Virus record (IMG/VR): IMGVR_UViG_3300029118_000008
Direction: 5' to 3' (one strand)
From: a virus
Length of the DNA: 53,152 nt
Part shown: positions 38,496 through 48,967 of the stretch, in pieces
Layout: the number at the start of each line of letters is the position of its first letter
Position numbering within the stretch: position 1 is the stretch's first letter
The notes under the pieces: model-generated
What the model was told of the DNA's origin: nothing
Databases searched by the model: none
The model's input: only the letters and a program-made list of their open reading frames with translations
Position numbers and translations under genes: made by a program

Positions 38496-41089
38496 TAAAA
38501 TCTTTGGGCATCAATATGTCCGTTGCGAACCTGAACGCCTTTGCCCTCGAAAAGGGCATGAACAAGGCGTTTGACAAAATGTCGCAGGCGGAACAAGCGA
38601 CGTTGCGCTATCAGTATCTGCTGGAAGCCACGAAGGACGCGCAGGGCGACTTTGCGCGAACCGGGGACAGCTTTTCCAACGAGATGCGCAAGCTGCAAAC
38701 CAACCTCGACCGCATCAAGACGGAGTTTGGCAAGGGGCTGCTGGGCGTTGTAACGCCCGCGATTTCGCTGCTTAACAACGTGCTGTCTGACAAGTCATAC
38801 CAGCAAACGGCAATCGAGAAAATCTATTCCGAACGCGACGAATCGCTGTTTGCTGCAGAAGTGGCATACCAGCGTTCGCTCACAATCGTTGATTCCATGC
38901 GGAGTATAGAGGATGAGAGCGGCGACGCAGTAAAATCCACGGAGGAATGGCGCGCCGCGCTGGAAGCCTTGAAAGACGTTATGCCGGGGTTGTCACAGTA
39001 CGTCGACCTTACAACTGATGCAATCATCGGCAACGATGAAGCCATACAGAATTACGTTGACACATTGCATGGTGTAACGAAATACAACAGCTACGACCAA
39101 GCGGTATCCGATGCGCAGAAAACGTATGATGATTTGCAGACGCAAATCGCGGAGACAGAAGCGGATATTGCAAAAAGGGAATTGCTCATTCAAAGCAGCG
39201 ACGAACTACAAAAACTATACGATAAGCGCGTAGAAGATGCATGGCGTACATACGCACAACGATATGGCTACGAGCCTGACTACCAAACGGCTCGTAATAT
39301 GCCATCAAGCGATGTGCGAAGTTATGCCTATGCAACCAGCACCGAAAATCCGTACGCCAATCTGGGAGGACTTGCCACAGGGCTGAACGCTGAACAAATT
39401 TACTATTTCGACCTTTTTAGAAACGCACAGAACGCCGCGAAAGACCCGCTTGCACAAGAAAAAGCGGAGCTTGAAAGCGAAAAGGAAGAACTTGCAGAGC
39501 TTGTTCCGCAAGCCGAAGCAGCGGCAGTCGCGCTGGACGATGTAAAGAAAAGCCGGGAGGAATATGTAAATAGCCCGGAAGGGCGCAAGGCAAAACTAAA
39601 TTCCGACTTCAAAGCCGCCGTTGACGCAGAGAAGAAAGCCCTCGAAGACCTTAAAACCACGCTGAAAGACGTGGATACCTACCGCGCGGACACGCTGAAA
39701 AAGGCGCAGGAAGCCTACAAGGGCGTTGCGTCTGGCATGGGCTACATGGTAACGCACACGCAGGAGGAAATGAAGAAGCTCCTCGATACCGATTACAGCA
39801 AGGAAAACGTGCTTAGTTGGTACGGCACGAATGCGGATGCGCTACACGCCTATAATGATGCTTTGCAGCAAGCCGAAGCTGCTGGCGTTGACGTTGGCAT
39901 CTTGTCAGGGCTTACTACATACTCCCGCGACAACGATGCGTACCTTTCGCGTCTGCTGAACCTAACGCCGGACGAAATCAAGCAGCTAAATGCAGACTAC
40001 CAGCGCGCCCGCGACGAAGAAAACGCGATGGCGGAAACCAAAACGCGGTATACGCTGGCGGACGATGAGACGTATCAGGCGATGCTGGAAACCGTGCAAA
40101 AGTCGCTCGAAGCGTTTGAGCAAAAGGACGCAATCGCGGCATACATGGCGGAAAATAACAGCGCGGTTTTGGCTGGCATCAACACAATGCGCAAGACGCT
40201 GGAAGCAGAAATTCCGGGCATCAATGCGCTTCTCGAACAGTTGGGGTTAAAGCAAATTGATTACGAACTGAAAGATAAGCCGTGGATATCCGATTACTTC
40301 GTTCGCGGAGATGCTGACCAGCGAGAAGAAGATATTGCGCACGAAAAAACAGCCCCGACGCTAAAAGAGCAAGCGCAATCACGCCGCGCCCGCGAACAGG
40401 CACGAGCGCGAAGCGGCTATGCGGACATGATTGAAGATGGGCTAATGCCCGACGACATCAAAGCCCGCGCGCAGCGGTGGAATCGGCTTGTCGAGATGAA
40501 GACGCAGGAGATGAACGACATCGTTGATATTTTGGAACAGCGCATGGAGGAAAACCAGCGTCAGCGTGAAGCCGCAGAAGCGGAGCAGTGGAATAATCGA
40601 GCAACAAAAGACATGCCGCCACTGTATATGATGGACACGATTATTGCCAACGAAGCGCACCCTAAATTTGTGCCGAATACATACATCGGCGCACCTTCGA
40701 GCGAACAGCAAGAAAAAACAACGGGCGGCAATTTTTTCTCCGCCATCGAAAGCGCCATTGATGCTGCAAAAGAAATCGAAAGTAGAACGATACAGGAAGG
40801 ATTTGTAACGCAGTCTATCTTCAATACACTTGGAGAAATGATGGAGAACTACAAGGAAAGCCTAAAAAACAACAGCGCACCAAACATCTTCAGCAATGGC
40901 GACGGCGTTCTTTTTGTGCAAGTAACAAACCCGGACGAAATTGCGAACGCTGTTTCTGGGCTTCCGCCAACAACCATCAATAACACATTCAGCGTTGACG
41001 GCAAAACCGTCGCAACGGCGGTTGCACCTATCGTCAACAAAATAATCGGCAGGGGCATCCGTGGAAATCTGATGGAGGTGGCGCGATAA
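38496..41089 (+). CDS. Tape measure protein, exon 2
   Basis: (L)KSLGINMSVANLNAFALEKGMNKAFDKMSQAEQATLRYQYLLEATKDAQGDFARTGDSFSNE continues the TMP core. Exon 1 plus exon 2 total 3312 nt, or 1103 codons plus stop. Confidence 0.8.
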
Positions 41090-41854
41090 ATGGTAACGCG
41101 ATACCGCGCGTGGATGGGGGAAGAAGCGCTGGAAGACCTCGACCCGTCCATCATCATCATCGACATTTCGGAGGACGCGCCGAAGGAAGCAGTGACAACC
41201 GAAGCACGCCCGGGCGGGGGGATGTACCTCACCGGGCAGCTTCGGCAGTCCATCACGGTAACAATTGCCGTTGAGATTCACGAAGCAAACACCATCCACA
41301 GGCAGCTTGTTCTCAGTAAAATCATGCGCTGGGGCAACGGTGGACAGTACCTGCGCACGTCATACCGCCCGGAACAGCGATTATACATCGACAGCATCGA
41401 GGCAGCGAGTGTTTCCGCGCTCAAATGGACGGACACGCTGGCAATCAAGTTGACGGCATATCAGCGTCCGTGGTGGGAGGAAGCAACTGTTTCCAAAATG
41501 GAAACAGTTGAAGCAAGCAAAAGTGGCATCCTGACGGTTTACAATCGCGGGGACGTGGCGTGTCCGCTTGAAGCGGTTTTTGTGGCAATCGACACGCTGA
41601 CAAACGTTGAAATCAGTTGCGGCAACGAAAAAATCGCGCTGACGAACATCAGCGTGAAAACAGGCGAGGAAATCCGCATAGGACACGACGATAACGGCAT
41701 CCAGCAAATCACGGCGGCAGGGCAATCCGCAATGGGAAACCGAAACGGGCAGTCCGCCGACGAAATCACGCTAAAACCCGGAATCAATAAGGTGTCGTTC
41801 AGCGGCGACGGGCTTTTGTCGCTGACAGTCACTGCGAGGGGGCGAAAATATTAA
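41090..41854 (+). CDS. Distal tail protein (Dit-like)
   Basis: 254 aa immediately after the TMP (TAAATG). Confidence 0.6.
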   Translation: MVTRYRAWMGEEALEDLDPSIIIIDISEDAPKEAVTTEARPGGGMYLTGQLRQSITVTIAVEIHEANTIHRQLVLSKIMRWGNGGQYLRTSYRPEQRLYIDSIEAASVSALKWTDTLAIKLTAYQRPWWEEATVSKMETVEASKSGILTVYNRGDVACPLEAVFVAIDTLTNVEISCGNEKIALTNISVKTGEEIRIGHDDNGIQQITAAGQSAMGNRNGQSADEITLKPGINKVSFSGDGLLSLTVTARGRKY

Positions 41855-41930
41855 CTACAAAGCATATGGCACACCGCAGGAAGTAACCCTAACGTCCAAA
41901 ATAAAATGCCGTCTTGAGGTAAACCCTGAT

Positions 41931-43385
41931 GTGGAAAATCCCACTGGTTGGCAGATGGAGGTCGGCTATCCAACAATCGGGAGAACAAAGGTCACTTTTC
42001 CGGTTGTTCTTCCAGCCGACGCAGTAATCACCTCCGCACGAGTACACGCAGATTTTCGGCGCGACCTTTGGGGCAATCAACAAAAGCAGGACGTAAACGA
42101 TGTACACGTTGACGAGGCAGGATTCGCAACAGTAACACTTCCTGACGGGGCAAGCACCGTATCCCTTATTGTAACACTATCCTTTCAAATGTGGGAAAAA
42201 GTTTACACTGATACGGTTGAACGGACTTTTAACGTAGACGTCCGCGACATCTACCTCACAATCGACTATGTTTCCGGCATCATCCCCGACCCAGACGCAA
42301 GCAAAGCATACACCAACAACGTCCGTTTGCCGCGTCTTCTGGACAAAAATCTGCGAGAAATCAAGCGCTTGCGCCCGTCTTCGCTTTCTTTGTCGCTAAC
42401 AATCGACGACATCTCCACCGCAAGCATGACGCTCGTGGACGGCACATGGATGGACGCAACGCAGTTTGTGGAACTGTACCACATCGGCGGCAGCGTCGGC
42501 ATCTTCCGCTTGCGCTCTGACACACAGACTTATAGAAATTACGCGACGCAGGAAGTCAACCTCGACCATGCCATTTCAACACTGATGGACGGGCTTCTCC
42601 CGGAGCAGCTAAAAATCGGCAGCGCATCCGTTGACGCGGTTGACGTGCTGGCGCAACTTCTCACCTACCAGCCGGAAACGCGCTGGCAGATGGGAACGTG
42701 CGAGCTATCGCAGCATCTCACATACGATTTCGACGCAGGGACGAACATCTGGACAGCAATCAACAACGTCAAGAACTTGTCGCCCGCAGAAATGATGTGG
42801 CAGTACGACTTTTCCACTCATCCGTGGACGCTCAACCTCGTTAATATGCCAAATACCGTCTCCTGCGAAGCGCGTTTTAACGGCGCGCTAACCAGCGCAA
42901 CTGTCAGCACCGACCGCGACGACCTTGTGACCCGGATGTACGCATACGGCAAAAACGGCATCACCGTTGGCACTGTAAACGATGGCAAGGACTACATCGA
43001 CGCGGACACCATCGAAGAGTGGGGCATCGTATGCGGCAAATACTCCGATAACAGCATCACGGACAAGGAAACGCTGTTGGAAAACGCAAAGAAGGAACTG
43101 GCGAAAAAGAAAACCCCGCCGATTTCCATCGACGTTTCCCTTGTGGAGCTTTCCGCCATAACAGGATTGCCCTACGACCATTTCCGGCTTGGGAGCATCT
43201 GCCGGGTTGCAATGCCTAAATTCGGGCGCTGCTATGATGAGCGCATTCTCACGCTTAACGCGGACAACGTACTGCTTGAGCCGCAAAAGGTACAAGTCAC
43301 CATGTCCACGGAGGGCAAGAGCGTCAGCGGCATCATCGAGGCGCTGGGCGGCAAGAGTGGACTTATTTCCGCAGGAACGGAATAA
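41931..43385 (+). CDS. Tail tip / tail-associated protein (Tal-like)
   Basis: 484 aa after Dit. GTG start is uncertain because the frame is open upstream to ~41841. Confidence 0.6.
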   Translation: MENPTGWQMEVGYPTIGRTKVTFPVVLPADAVITSARVHADFRRDLWGNQQKQDVNDVHVDEAGFATVTLPDGASTVSLIVTLSFQMWEKVYTDTVERTFNVDVRDIYLTIDYVSGIIPDPDASKAYTNNVRLPRLLDKNLREIKRLRPSSLSLSLTIDDISTASMTLVDGTWMDATQFVELYHIGGSVGIFRLRSDTQTYRNYATQEVNLDHAISTLMDGLLPEQLKIGSASVDAVDVLAQLLTYQPETRWQMGTCELSQHLTYDFDAGTNIWTAINNVKNLSPAEMMWQYDFSTHPWTLNLVNMPNTVSCEARFNGALTSATVSTDRDDLVTRMYAYGKNGITVGTVNDGKDYIDADTIEEWGIVCGKYSDNSITDKETLLENAKKELAKKKTPPISIDVSLVELSAITGLPYDHFRLGSICRVAMPKFGRCYDERILTLNADNVLLEPQKVQVTMSTEGKSVSGIIEALGGKSGLISAGTE

Positions 43386-43394
43386 GGAGGACGC

Positions 43395-44357
43395 ATGAAT
43401 GAGTTAAATTACACCTGCAACTTGTCTGCTGGGTTGCGGATGACACCGCTCAAAGCGGCGCTTGTGCAAGGCGAAGCAAACGCCCACACGCTGAAAATCG
43501 CGTTTGAGAAGGATGGCGCACCGTACAGCATGGATTCGGGCGCAACGATTGTCGGCAGCTTTATCAGGCTGGACAGCGTTGCAAGCACGGACGAAAACCC
43601 GACGATTCTGCTGCAAGGCGCAGTTAGCGACGGCGTGGCATCCGTGACGCTTTCCTCTGCTTGTTACGCGGTTGTTGGGCGTTTCCGCCTGATGGTCACG
43701 GCGACGGTCGGCGAGGACACGACGGCTATCTTGTGGCTTGAGGGGCGCGTCGCGGCGGGGGCAACCGGGACAGTGTATGACCCGGACAACGCCATCCCCG
43801 ACATCACAACGGTGCTTGCGAAGGTGGAGGACTGCAAAAATGCCGCAGCAAACGCGAATGCGGCAGCGGAAAGTGCAACATCCGCAGCGCAGCAGTTTCT
43901 GGGAAAGTATATCACGGATGAGGAAAAATTGTTACTGCTGGAACTGCTGCAAATGGGTGCATATCGCTCAAACACTGCCGCACAAAATTATAGCAAGCTA
44001 TACGCAGCGTGGAAGGATGATGTATCAGCGCTTGAGGCACAGCGCCCGCGAATCGTCAGCGTTGAGGCGGACAAAACGACAATCGCCGTCGGAGAAAGCG
44101 TGACGTTCACGGTGACGCAGAAGAACGCGGCATCAATCCGCTTCCTTGTGGACGGCGCAGTAAACGAGCGCATTTACGACGTTCAGCAGGAAACGATAAC
44201 GTTCATAAAGCAGTTTCAATCTACCGGCAGCGGAACGCGGATTGTTGCATTCCAGGCGGTTGACGCGAGCAGCAACGTCGGGCTGGAATCGGATAGTATC
44301 ATCATCACAATTAAGGAGGCGGCACAAAATGGCGTGGAATCTAATCCGCAGGAATAA
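43395..44357 (+). CDS. Baseplate upper / receptor-binding-complex protein with a C-terminal Ig-like domain
   Basis: BppU-N-like start, an Ala-rich coiled coil (AAANANAAAESATSAAQQF), and a C-terminal beta-rich domain. Confidence 0.45.
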   Translation: MNELNYTCNLSAGLRMTPLKAALVQGEANAHTLKIAFEKDGAPYSMDSGATIVGSFIRLDSVASTDENPTILLQGAVSDGVASVTLSSACYAVVGRFRLMVTATVGEDTTAILWLEGRVAAGATGTVYDPDNAIPDITTVLAKVEDCKNAAANANAAAESATSAAQQFLGKYITDEEKLLLLELLQMGAYRSNTAAQNYSKLYAAWKDDVSALEAQRPRIVSVEADKTTIAVGESVTFTVTQKNAASIRFLVDGAVNERIYDVQQETITFIKQFQSTGSGTRIVAFQAVDASSNVGLESDSIIITIKEAAQNGVESNPQE

Positions 44358-44544
44358 CGGCGAGACTATCCACACGGACTATGTTGAGTGGATGTTGGAT
44401 AACGCCGCCGACATCTCCAATGGCACAGAGCCGGGGAAGTCTGGAAGCATCGGCAGTCTGGCGTACACCGCCGGATTCGGGGCGATGTGGCAGAAGGACG
44501 CGCAGGGCGCGTGGGTGAAGATTGGAGGTAGCAAAAATGGTTGA
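44329..44544 (+). CDS. Small tail-fibre-associated protein
   Basis: ATG at 44329 after AAGGAGG. 71 aa. Confidence 0.4.
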   Translation: MAWNLIRRNNGETIHTDYVEWMLDNAADISNGTEPGKSGSIGSLAYTAGFGAMWQKDAQGAWVKIGGSKNG

Positions 44545-45505
44545 TGCAAGCACGCTTGGTGTGATTCTGTCGCTTTATGGCGCAGACGAGAATGGCGGTA
44601 TTCCTACGGTGCTTGTGACGGACAAAACGCTGGCGCTGGAGAACCGCGCGGCGGACGCGAAATCTGCTGGCGACGCTATCCGCGCGGTTACGAATACCGC
44701 CAACACGCTTTCCGCGCGCGCGAACGTTTTGTCTGGCAGTGTGTCCGGCGCGTCGATTACTGCGACGGATTCTTTTGCCGCGCCTTTTGTCGGCTTGCGC
44801 GTCTGCGGCAAAAGCACGCAGGACGGTACGCCGCTCCCGACTGCGCCCGTGCCGATTGTCAGCGCGGGTGACGGCGGAACGGTAGTGGTCACGGTGTCGG
44901 ACGGCGCGAACAAGTCGCAGACGCTGACACTGCAAACGCCGAACGCGCTGCCGGGCATCCCGGTCACATCCGGCGGAAACTACACGGACGAGAACGGGCA
45001 GCAGTGGGTCTGCGATGAGGTAGATTTGGCGCGCGGGGTGTATGTGCAGCGCGTCACCAAAATCAAGGTGACGTCTTCGCTCAACTGGCAGACGTCTGGA
45101 CAAAAGGTTGATAGATACTTTGCTTGGTTCGCTGGTACTTCTGCGACAAATGTTCTTTGTACGCACTTTTCCACCACCGTAGGTTCGGAAGTTGTCGGCG
45201 GCGCTATCGCAAATCAAAACAACCTCATCGGCTTTGCCTATGCGCAAAAAGGCACATCAACACTTGATGAGTTCAAAGCATTCCTCGACGCGAAAGAGGT
45301 GTATGTTTTGACATCGCTTGCAACACCCGTCGAAACCGCCCTTTCCGCTGCTGAAATTGCCGCGTACAAAGCGCTGACCACCTACGCCCCGACGACCGTC
45401 ATCAGCACAAGCGGCGGCGCTGGCGCGACGGCAACGTATCAGCGAGACGTGACCATTGTAATCAAAAATCTTGAGGATGCGATTGCGTCCATGACGCAGA
45501 ATTAA
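44537..45505 (+). CDS. Tail fibre / receptor-binding protein
   Basis: 322 aa, the last large structural gene before the lysis cassette. Confidence 0.5.
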   Translation: MVDASTLGVILSLYGADENGGIPTVLVTDKTLALENRAADAKSAGDAIRAVTNTANTLSARANVLSGSVSGASITATDSFAAPFVGLRVCGKSTQDGTPLPTAPVPIVSAGDGGTVVVTVSDGANKSQTLTLQTPNALPGIPVTSGGNYTDENGQQWVCDEVDLARGVYVQRVTKIKVTSSLNWQTSGQKVDRYFAWFAGTSATNVLCTHFSTTVGSEVVGGAIANQNNLIGFAYAQKGTSTLDEFKAFLDAKEVYVLTSLATPVETALSAAEIAAYKALTTYAPTTVISTSGGAGATATYQRDVTIVIKNLEDAIASMTQN

Positions 45506-45517
45506 GGAGGTATCTTT

Positions 45518-45736
45518 GTGGCAATTAACAGCAAAGCTCGGCACGACCTGACGCTGCGCGCGATTAAGCGCGAGATTTCCGCTGGACGTGATGTGGCATT
45601 TTGGCTCGATAAGGCTTACACGCACCTCGACAACGGGCTGTTTAATGAGGACGACATTGCGGAAATCGAGAAGCTGGCGCAGACGTACTATGATTCGCTG
45701 GACGCGGCGGAAAATGGTAGAGAAAACACAATCTAA
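45518..45736 (+). CDS. Small hypothetical protein (XkdX-like position)
   Basis: 72 aa between the fibre and lysis genes. GTG start after AGGAGG. Confidence 0.4.
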   Translation: MAINSKARHDLTLRAIKREISAGRDVAFWLDKAYTHLDNGLFNEDDIAEIEKLAQTYYDSLDAAENGRENTI

Positions 45737-45855
45737 GTTGCAATTAAGTTGCAATCTTGCTGCTCAGCGTTTCGCAAATGCCGATTTTTCGGCATTTTTA
45801 AGTTGCACGCAAGTTGCAAGTTAGTACCAAGTTAGTACCAAGTTAGTACCAAGTT
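45735..45855 (+). repeat. AAGTTGCA(A) x4 plus an 11-nt tandem AAGTTAGTACC x3.4 upstream of the endolysin gene
   Basis: AAGTTGCAA at 45735, 45746 and 45811. AAGTTGCAC at 45800. AAGTTAGTACC units at 45818, 45829 and 45840, plus AAGTT at 45851. Confidence 0.9.
45779..45799 (+). terminator. Short hairpin + T-run inside the repeat region
   Basis: GCCGA-tttt-TCGGC followed by ATTTTT. Confidence 0.45.
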
Positions 45856-45870
45856 TTAGGAGGTGTCATC

Positions 45871-46647
45871 ATGCCCAAAATCGCAGTATCCGACATTCTG
45901 GGCGACTTCCAGCGGATGCTTGCCGAGCACTGGACGTATACGGAAGGCGCGGCGCAGAAAGGCAATGTGGACTGTTCCGGCGCGTTCGTGTACGCCTTCC
46001 GGCAACACGGGCTCTACATTTATCACGGCAGCAACCGCATTGCTCGGACGGAAATTGTTGAGCTTGTCCCGATTTCCGCCGCAAAGCCCGGAATGGCGGT
46101 TTTTAAGTGCCGGAATCCGGGTGATTCGCGGTATGCCTTGCCGTCAGGCTATAAACAGGGTAGCAAATACTACAACGGCGACTTGAGGGATTTTTACCAC
46201 ATCGGGCTGATGGGTGAGGACGGCAAGGTTCTTAATGCGCAGAGCAGCGCAACGGGCTTCGTCGCTTCACCCGTCAAATCGTGGACGTGTGCAGGATACC
46301 TCAAAAAGGTCGAATATAAGGAGGATACACCAATGGAGAATGATAACACCGAGGTTATTTGCGTCGGACGTGTGACAGCGCAGAGCGGCAGCACGGTCAA
46401 TCTTCGTGCAGAGCCGAGCAAATCCGCAAAGGTGCTGGAAAAAGTCAAAATCGGCACTTCTGTCAACGTCATCGGGAATAGTGGCGGTTGGCTGCACATC
46501 GAGACGGAGACGAATCAGGGCTATATGATGGAGGAGTTTGTCGATGTGGGTGTTTCCAAATCGGAAACACCCACGTTCTCTGAGATTGCGGAACGCATCG
46601 AAAAGCTGGAGGAACGTGTCGCCGCGTTGGAAGGCGGTGTAGGCTGA
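45871..46647 (+). CDS. Endolysin: NlpC/P60-type cysteine peptidase + SH3b-like wall-binding domain
   Basis: Catalytic NVDCSGAFVYAF and FYHIGLM. SH3b-like GRVTAQSGSTVNLRAEPSKSAKVLEKVKIGTSVNVIGNSGGWLHIE. Confidence 0.75.
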   Translation: MPKIAVSDILGDFQRMLAEHWTYTEGAAQKGNVDCSGAFVYAFRQHGLYIYHGSNRIARTEIVELVPISAAKPGMAVFKCRNPGDSRYALPSGYKQGSKYYNGDLRDFYHIGLMGEDGKVLNAQSSATGFVASPVKSWTCAGYLKKVEYKEDTPMENDNTEVICVGRVTAQSGSTVNLRAEPSKSAKVLEKVKIGTSVNVIGNSGGWLHIETETNQGYMMEEFVDVGVSKSETPTFSEIAERIEKLEERVAALEGGVG

Positions 46648-46648
46648 C

Positions 46649-47023
46649 ATGGAAAGCCTCACCGCTGATAAACTGATTCTGGCGCTGGGCGTGATCCTCG
46701 TCCTGCTGGGAGCATACAACACATTTTACACCGCGCGGAAAAATGCGCGAGATGAACGCAAGAGACAGGAGCAGCCAACAAACGCGCTGGCATCCAGCGT
46801 ATCAGACATCAATCGCAAGCTGGACACAGACAAACGCCGCCTTGATGGGCACGAAGAGCGCATCGGCGGCTTGCGTGACGGACTGATGGTAACGTGCGCC
46901 GGAGTACAGGCACTTTTGGAGCATGAGTTACACAACGGCAACGCCGACGAAATGACGGCGGCAAGCAGGGAAATTGATAATTGGTTGAGGGGCAACGCCC
47001 TAAAGGGAGGAAATGCAAAATGA
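46649..47023 (+). CDS. Lysis-associated membrane protein (N-terminal TM + coiled coil)
   Basis: LILALGVILVLLGAYNTFY TM segment followed by a charged helix. Lies between the endolysin and holin genes. Confidence 0.45.
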   Translation: MESLTADKLILALGVILVLLGAYNTFYTARKNARDERKRQEQPTNALASSVSDINRKLDTDKRRLDGHEERIGGLRDGLMVTCAGVQALLEHELHNGNADEMTAASREIDNWLRGNALKGGNAK

Positions 47024-47241
47024 GTGAGAATTTGAAGCGCAAGCTGACAAGCCGCAAGTTCTGGGCGGCAGTTGTATCCTTTGTAACCATGCTGATTATG
47101 GCGTTCGGCGTTGCGGATGAAACCGCAACACAGGTCGGCAGCATCATCATGGCGGGTGCTACGGTTATCGCCTACATCATCGGTGAGGGCATGACGGACG
47201 CGGCGGCGGTCACAGAGGGCAAGGACAAACCGAAGGAGTAA
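47020..47241 (+). CDS. Holin
   Basis: 73 aa, KLTSRKFWAAVVSFVTMLIMAF...IIMAGATVIAYIIGEG. Two TM segments and a charged C-terminus. ATGA overlap. Confidence 0.65.
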   Translation: MSENLKRKLTSRKFWAAVVSFVTMLIMAFGVADETATQVGSIIMAGATVIAYIIGEGMTDAAAVTEGKDKPKE

Positions 47242-47244
47242 CGT

Positions 47245-47496
47245 ATGAGCCGCGAAGTCGTATGGACAAAAGCGGTTGTAGATGCTTTTGTGGATGAAGC
47301 CTGTTTGTCGGATGAAGAAGAGCTGATTATCAGGTCGCGGGCAAAAGGCTGGACACGCACAAAGCAGTCGATGCAGTACAATATGAGCATTCGCAAGATT
47401 GACTATATTATACACACGCTAAAAACCAAGTACGACGAGGCGCAAAAATACTCCGAAATTTTACCCAAAAGGAATATAAAGAAAGCCGGGACGTAA
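47245..47496 (+). CDS. Small sigma-region-4/LuxR-type HTH protein
   Basis: SDEEELIIRSRAKGWTRTKQSMQYNMSIRKIDYIIHTLKTK. Confidence 0.45.
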   Translation: MSREVVWTKAVVDAFVDEACLSDEEELIIRSRAKGWTRTKQSMQYNMSIRKIDYIIHTLKTKYDEAQKYSEILPKRNIKKAGT

Positions 47497-47512
47497 TGTC
47501 CCGGTATTTTTT
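47486..47512. terminator. Bidirectional rho-independent terminator between the late operon and minus-strand island II
   Basis: CCGGGAC-gtaat-GTCCCGG followed by TATTTTTT, with an A-rich 5' flank. Confidence 0.7.
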
Positions 47513-47520
47513 GTTGCGCA

Positions 47521-48114
47521 CTATTCTTGAGCCTGACGCTTGCACTCAACGTCAAGTTCTGGATATACCCCTGCGATTTTCGCAAGGGTTTCGCTTTTTA
47601 GGCGATGGTACAGCTCTTCCTTGCCGACAAGCCAGAACAGGTCAAGCAATTTGTCGTCATATTCACAGAGGTTATGGCGGATGAAATTAACCATCCAGCG
47701 TTCCAGCGTCTCGGTGTTCGGGGACAATATATCCACATTGCCATGCTCCAAATACCATTCTTGCTTTGCGTTCAGCGTCGCCTCTTCCAGAACGGACATA
47801 TCCCAGCGCGTAACGTGGATGGAAGCAATGAGGTCATCGGCAATAGCTTCGGCGTTCTTTCGCTTCGTTTCGACGGCTTTTGCGGACGCTGCTTTTCGTG
47901 CGGCTGCTTTTGCCGCCATCGTCTGGAACTCCTGCGTCTCCATGGCGGAACGTACATCTTCCTCGCGCCATAACTTCATGGGCGCGGCGGATGCGTAGCG
48001 CGGATTCCGTTTGAGGACGGGCGGCGGCAGCAGCTTTTCTATCATGGACTTGGTGAAGCCCATGGACAGAACTGCCGATTGCGAAATAAGCTGTTCCTTC
48101 TGCTTTTCCGGCAT
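47521..48114 (-). CDS. Hypothetical protein (197 aa)
   Basis: ATG after AAGGGGG. Last gene of a minus-strand operon. Confidence 0.55.
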   Translation of the reverse strand: MPEKQKEQLISQSAVLSMGFTKSMIEKLLPPPVLKRNPRYASAAPMKLWREEDVRSAMETQEFQTMAAKAAARKAASAKAVETKRKNAEAIADDLIASIHVTRWDMSVLEEATLNAKQEWYLEHGNVDILSPNTETLERWMVNFIRHNLCEYDDKLLDLFWLVGKEELYHRLKSETLAKIAGVYPELDVECKRQAQE

Positions 48115-48148
48115 GGTGTCCCCCTTGTGTTGACTTTATTGCAGGATG

Positions 48149-48967
48149 CTATTTTTTGTTTATTTTTAATACCTCGTCTATTGCCGCACGACTTTCGTCA
48201 GAAACCTTCTTCCCATTTTCGTAATTTCGTATTGTTCTTTCGGATAAATGCACGATTTCCGATAGCCGTGCAACGGTAAAGCCCGCTGCAATTCGCGCCT
48301 TGCTTGCTTCTGTTTTCTCTTTTCGATACTTTCTCGGCTTTTCAAGCGAACCGTGTTGCTTCTTTGCTGGCAGATTAGAGGCTTTAAGCGCCTTTGCATC
48401 CGCGCAAGCATCGGAACAATATACTCTGTGCGCTTTATTGGGCGTAAATATCTTTCCGCAAGTTGGGCATAAACGAACGCGTATTTCCGCCATCTTCTTT
48501 TGCGTCTCACCACGCGATTCTTTCCGCCTCTGATTTGTCTTCTCAGCGTTTTTTTTATAGTAATCCAGCGCGCGCTTGCGCGTTTGCTCTGCCGCGCAAT
48601 CTGGACACATTACTTGCTTTCCACTGTTTATAATATACGGTTTTCCGCAAATCTCGCAGTAGGCAGTTCCGCCGATTACACGACTTTTCCCATTTTTCTT
48701 TCGTTCTTCATACTCTTTTTTCCTTTTTTTCTTCGCCGCCACGTTGCAAGTCGGACAACGCTTTGAGCGCGGATAACCCATGTATTTTGCGCCGCAATCC
48801 TCGCAGACCTTCTCCTTTATTGTTTCGTGTATATTAAAATGCCCTTTTCCTAATAAGGCATTTGCTTCTTTTGATTCCTTCTTTTTCATCTCAATAGCGC
48901 ATTGCGGGCAGCAGAAGTACTCCTGCTGCCCGGATAATGGTTTCCCACAGTTTTCGCAAAGCCTCAC
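48149..48967 (-). CDS. Multi-zinc-ribbon protein with a C-terminal XRE-type HTH
   Basis: At least five CxxC...CxxC pairs (CENCGK..CCPQC, CEDCGA..CPTC, CEICGK..CPDC, CPTCGK..CSDAC), then FTVARLSEIVHLSERTIRNYENG. Confidence 0.6.
   Translation of the reverse strand: MRLCENCGKPLSGQQEYFCCPQCAIEMKKKESKEANALLGKGHFNIHETIKEKVCEDCGAKYMGYPRSKRCPTCNVAAKKKRKKEYEERKKNGKSRVIGGTAYCEICGKPYIINSGKQVMCPDCAAEQTRKRALDYYKKNAEKTNQRRKESRGETQKKMAEIRVRLCPTCGKIFTPNKAHRVYCSDACADAKALKASNLPAKKQHGSLEKPRKYRKEKTEASKARIAAGFTVARLSEIVHLSERTIRNYENGKKVSDESRAAIDEVLKINKK

Noticed and set aside
43395-45505. Searched the tail-fibre region for a diversity-generating retroelement (template/variable repeat pair, reverse transcriptase)
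   Set aside because: No reverse-transcriptase-like ORF (no YxDD motif protein) exists in the window. I also saw no ~100-nt adenine-mutated repeat pair near the fibre C-termini.
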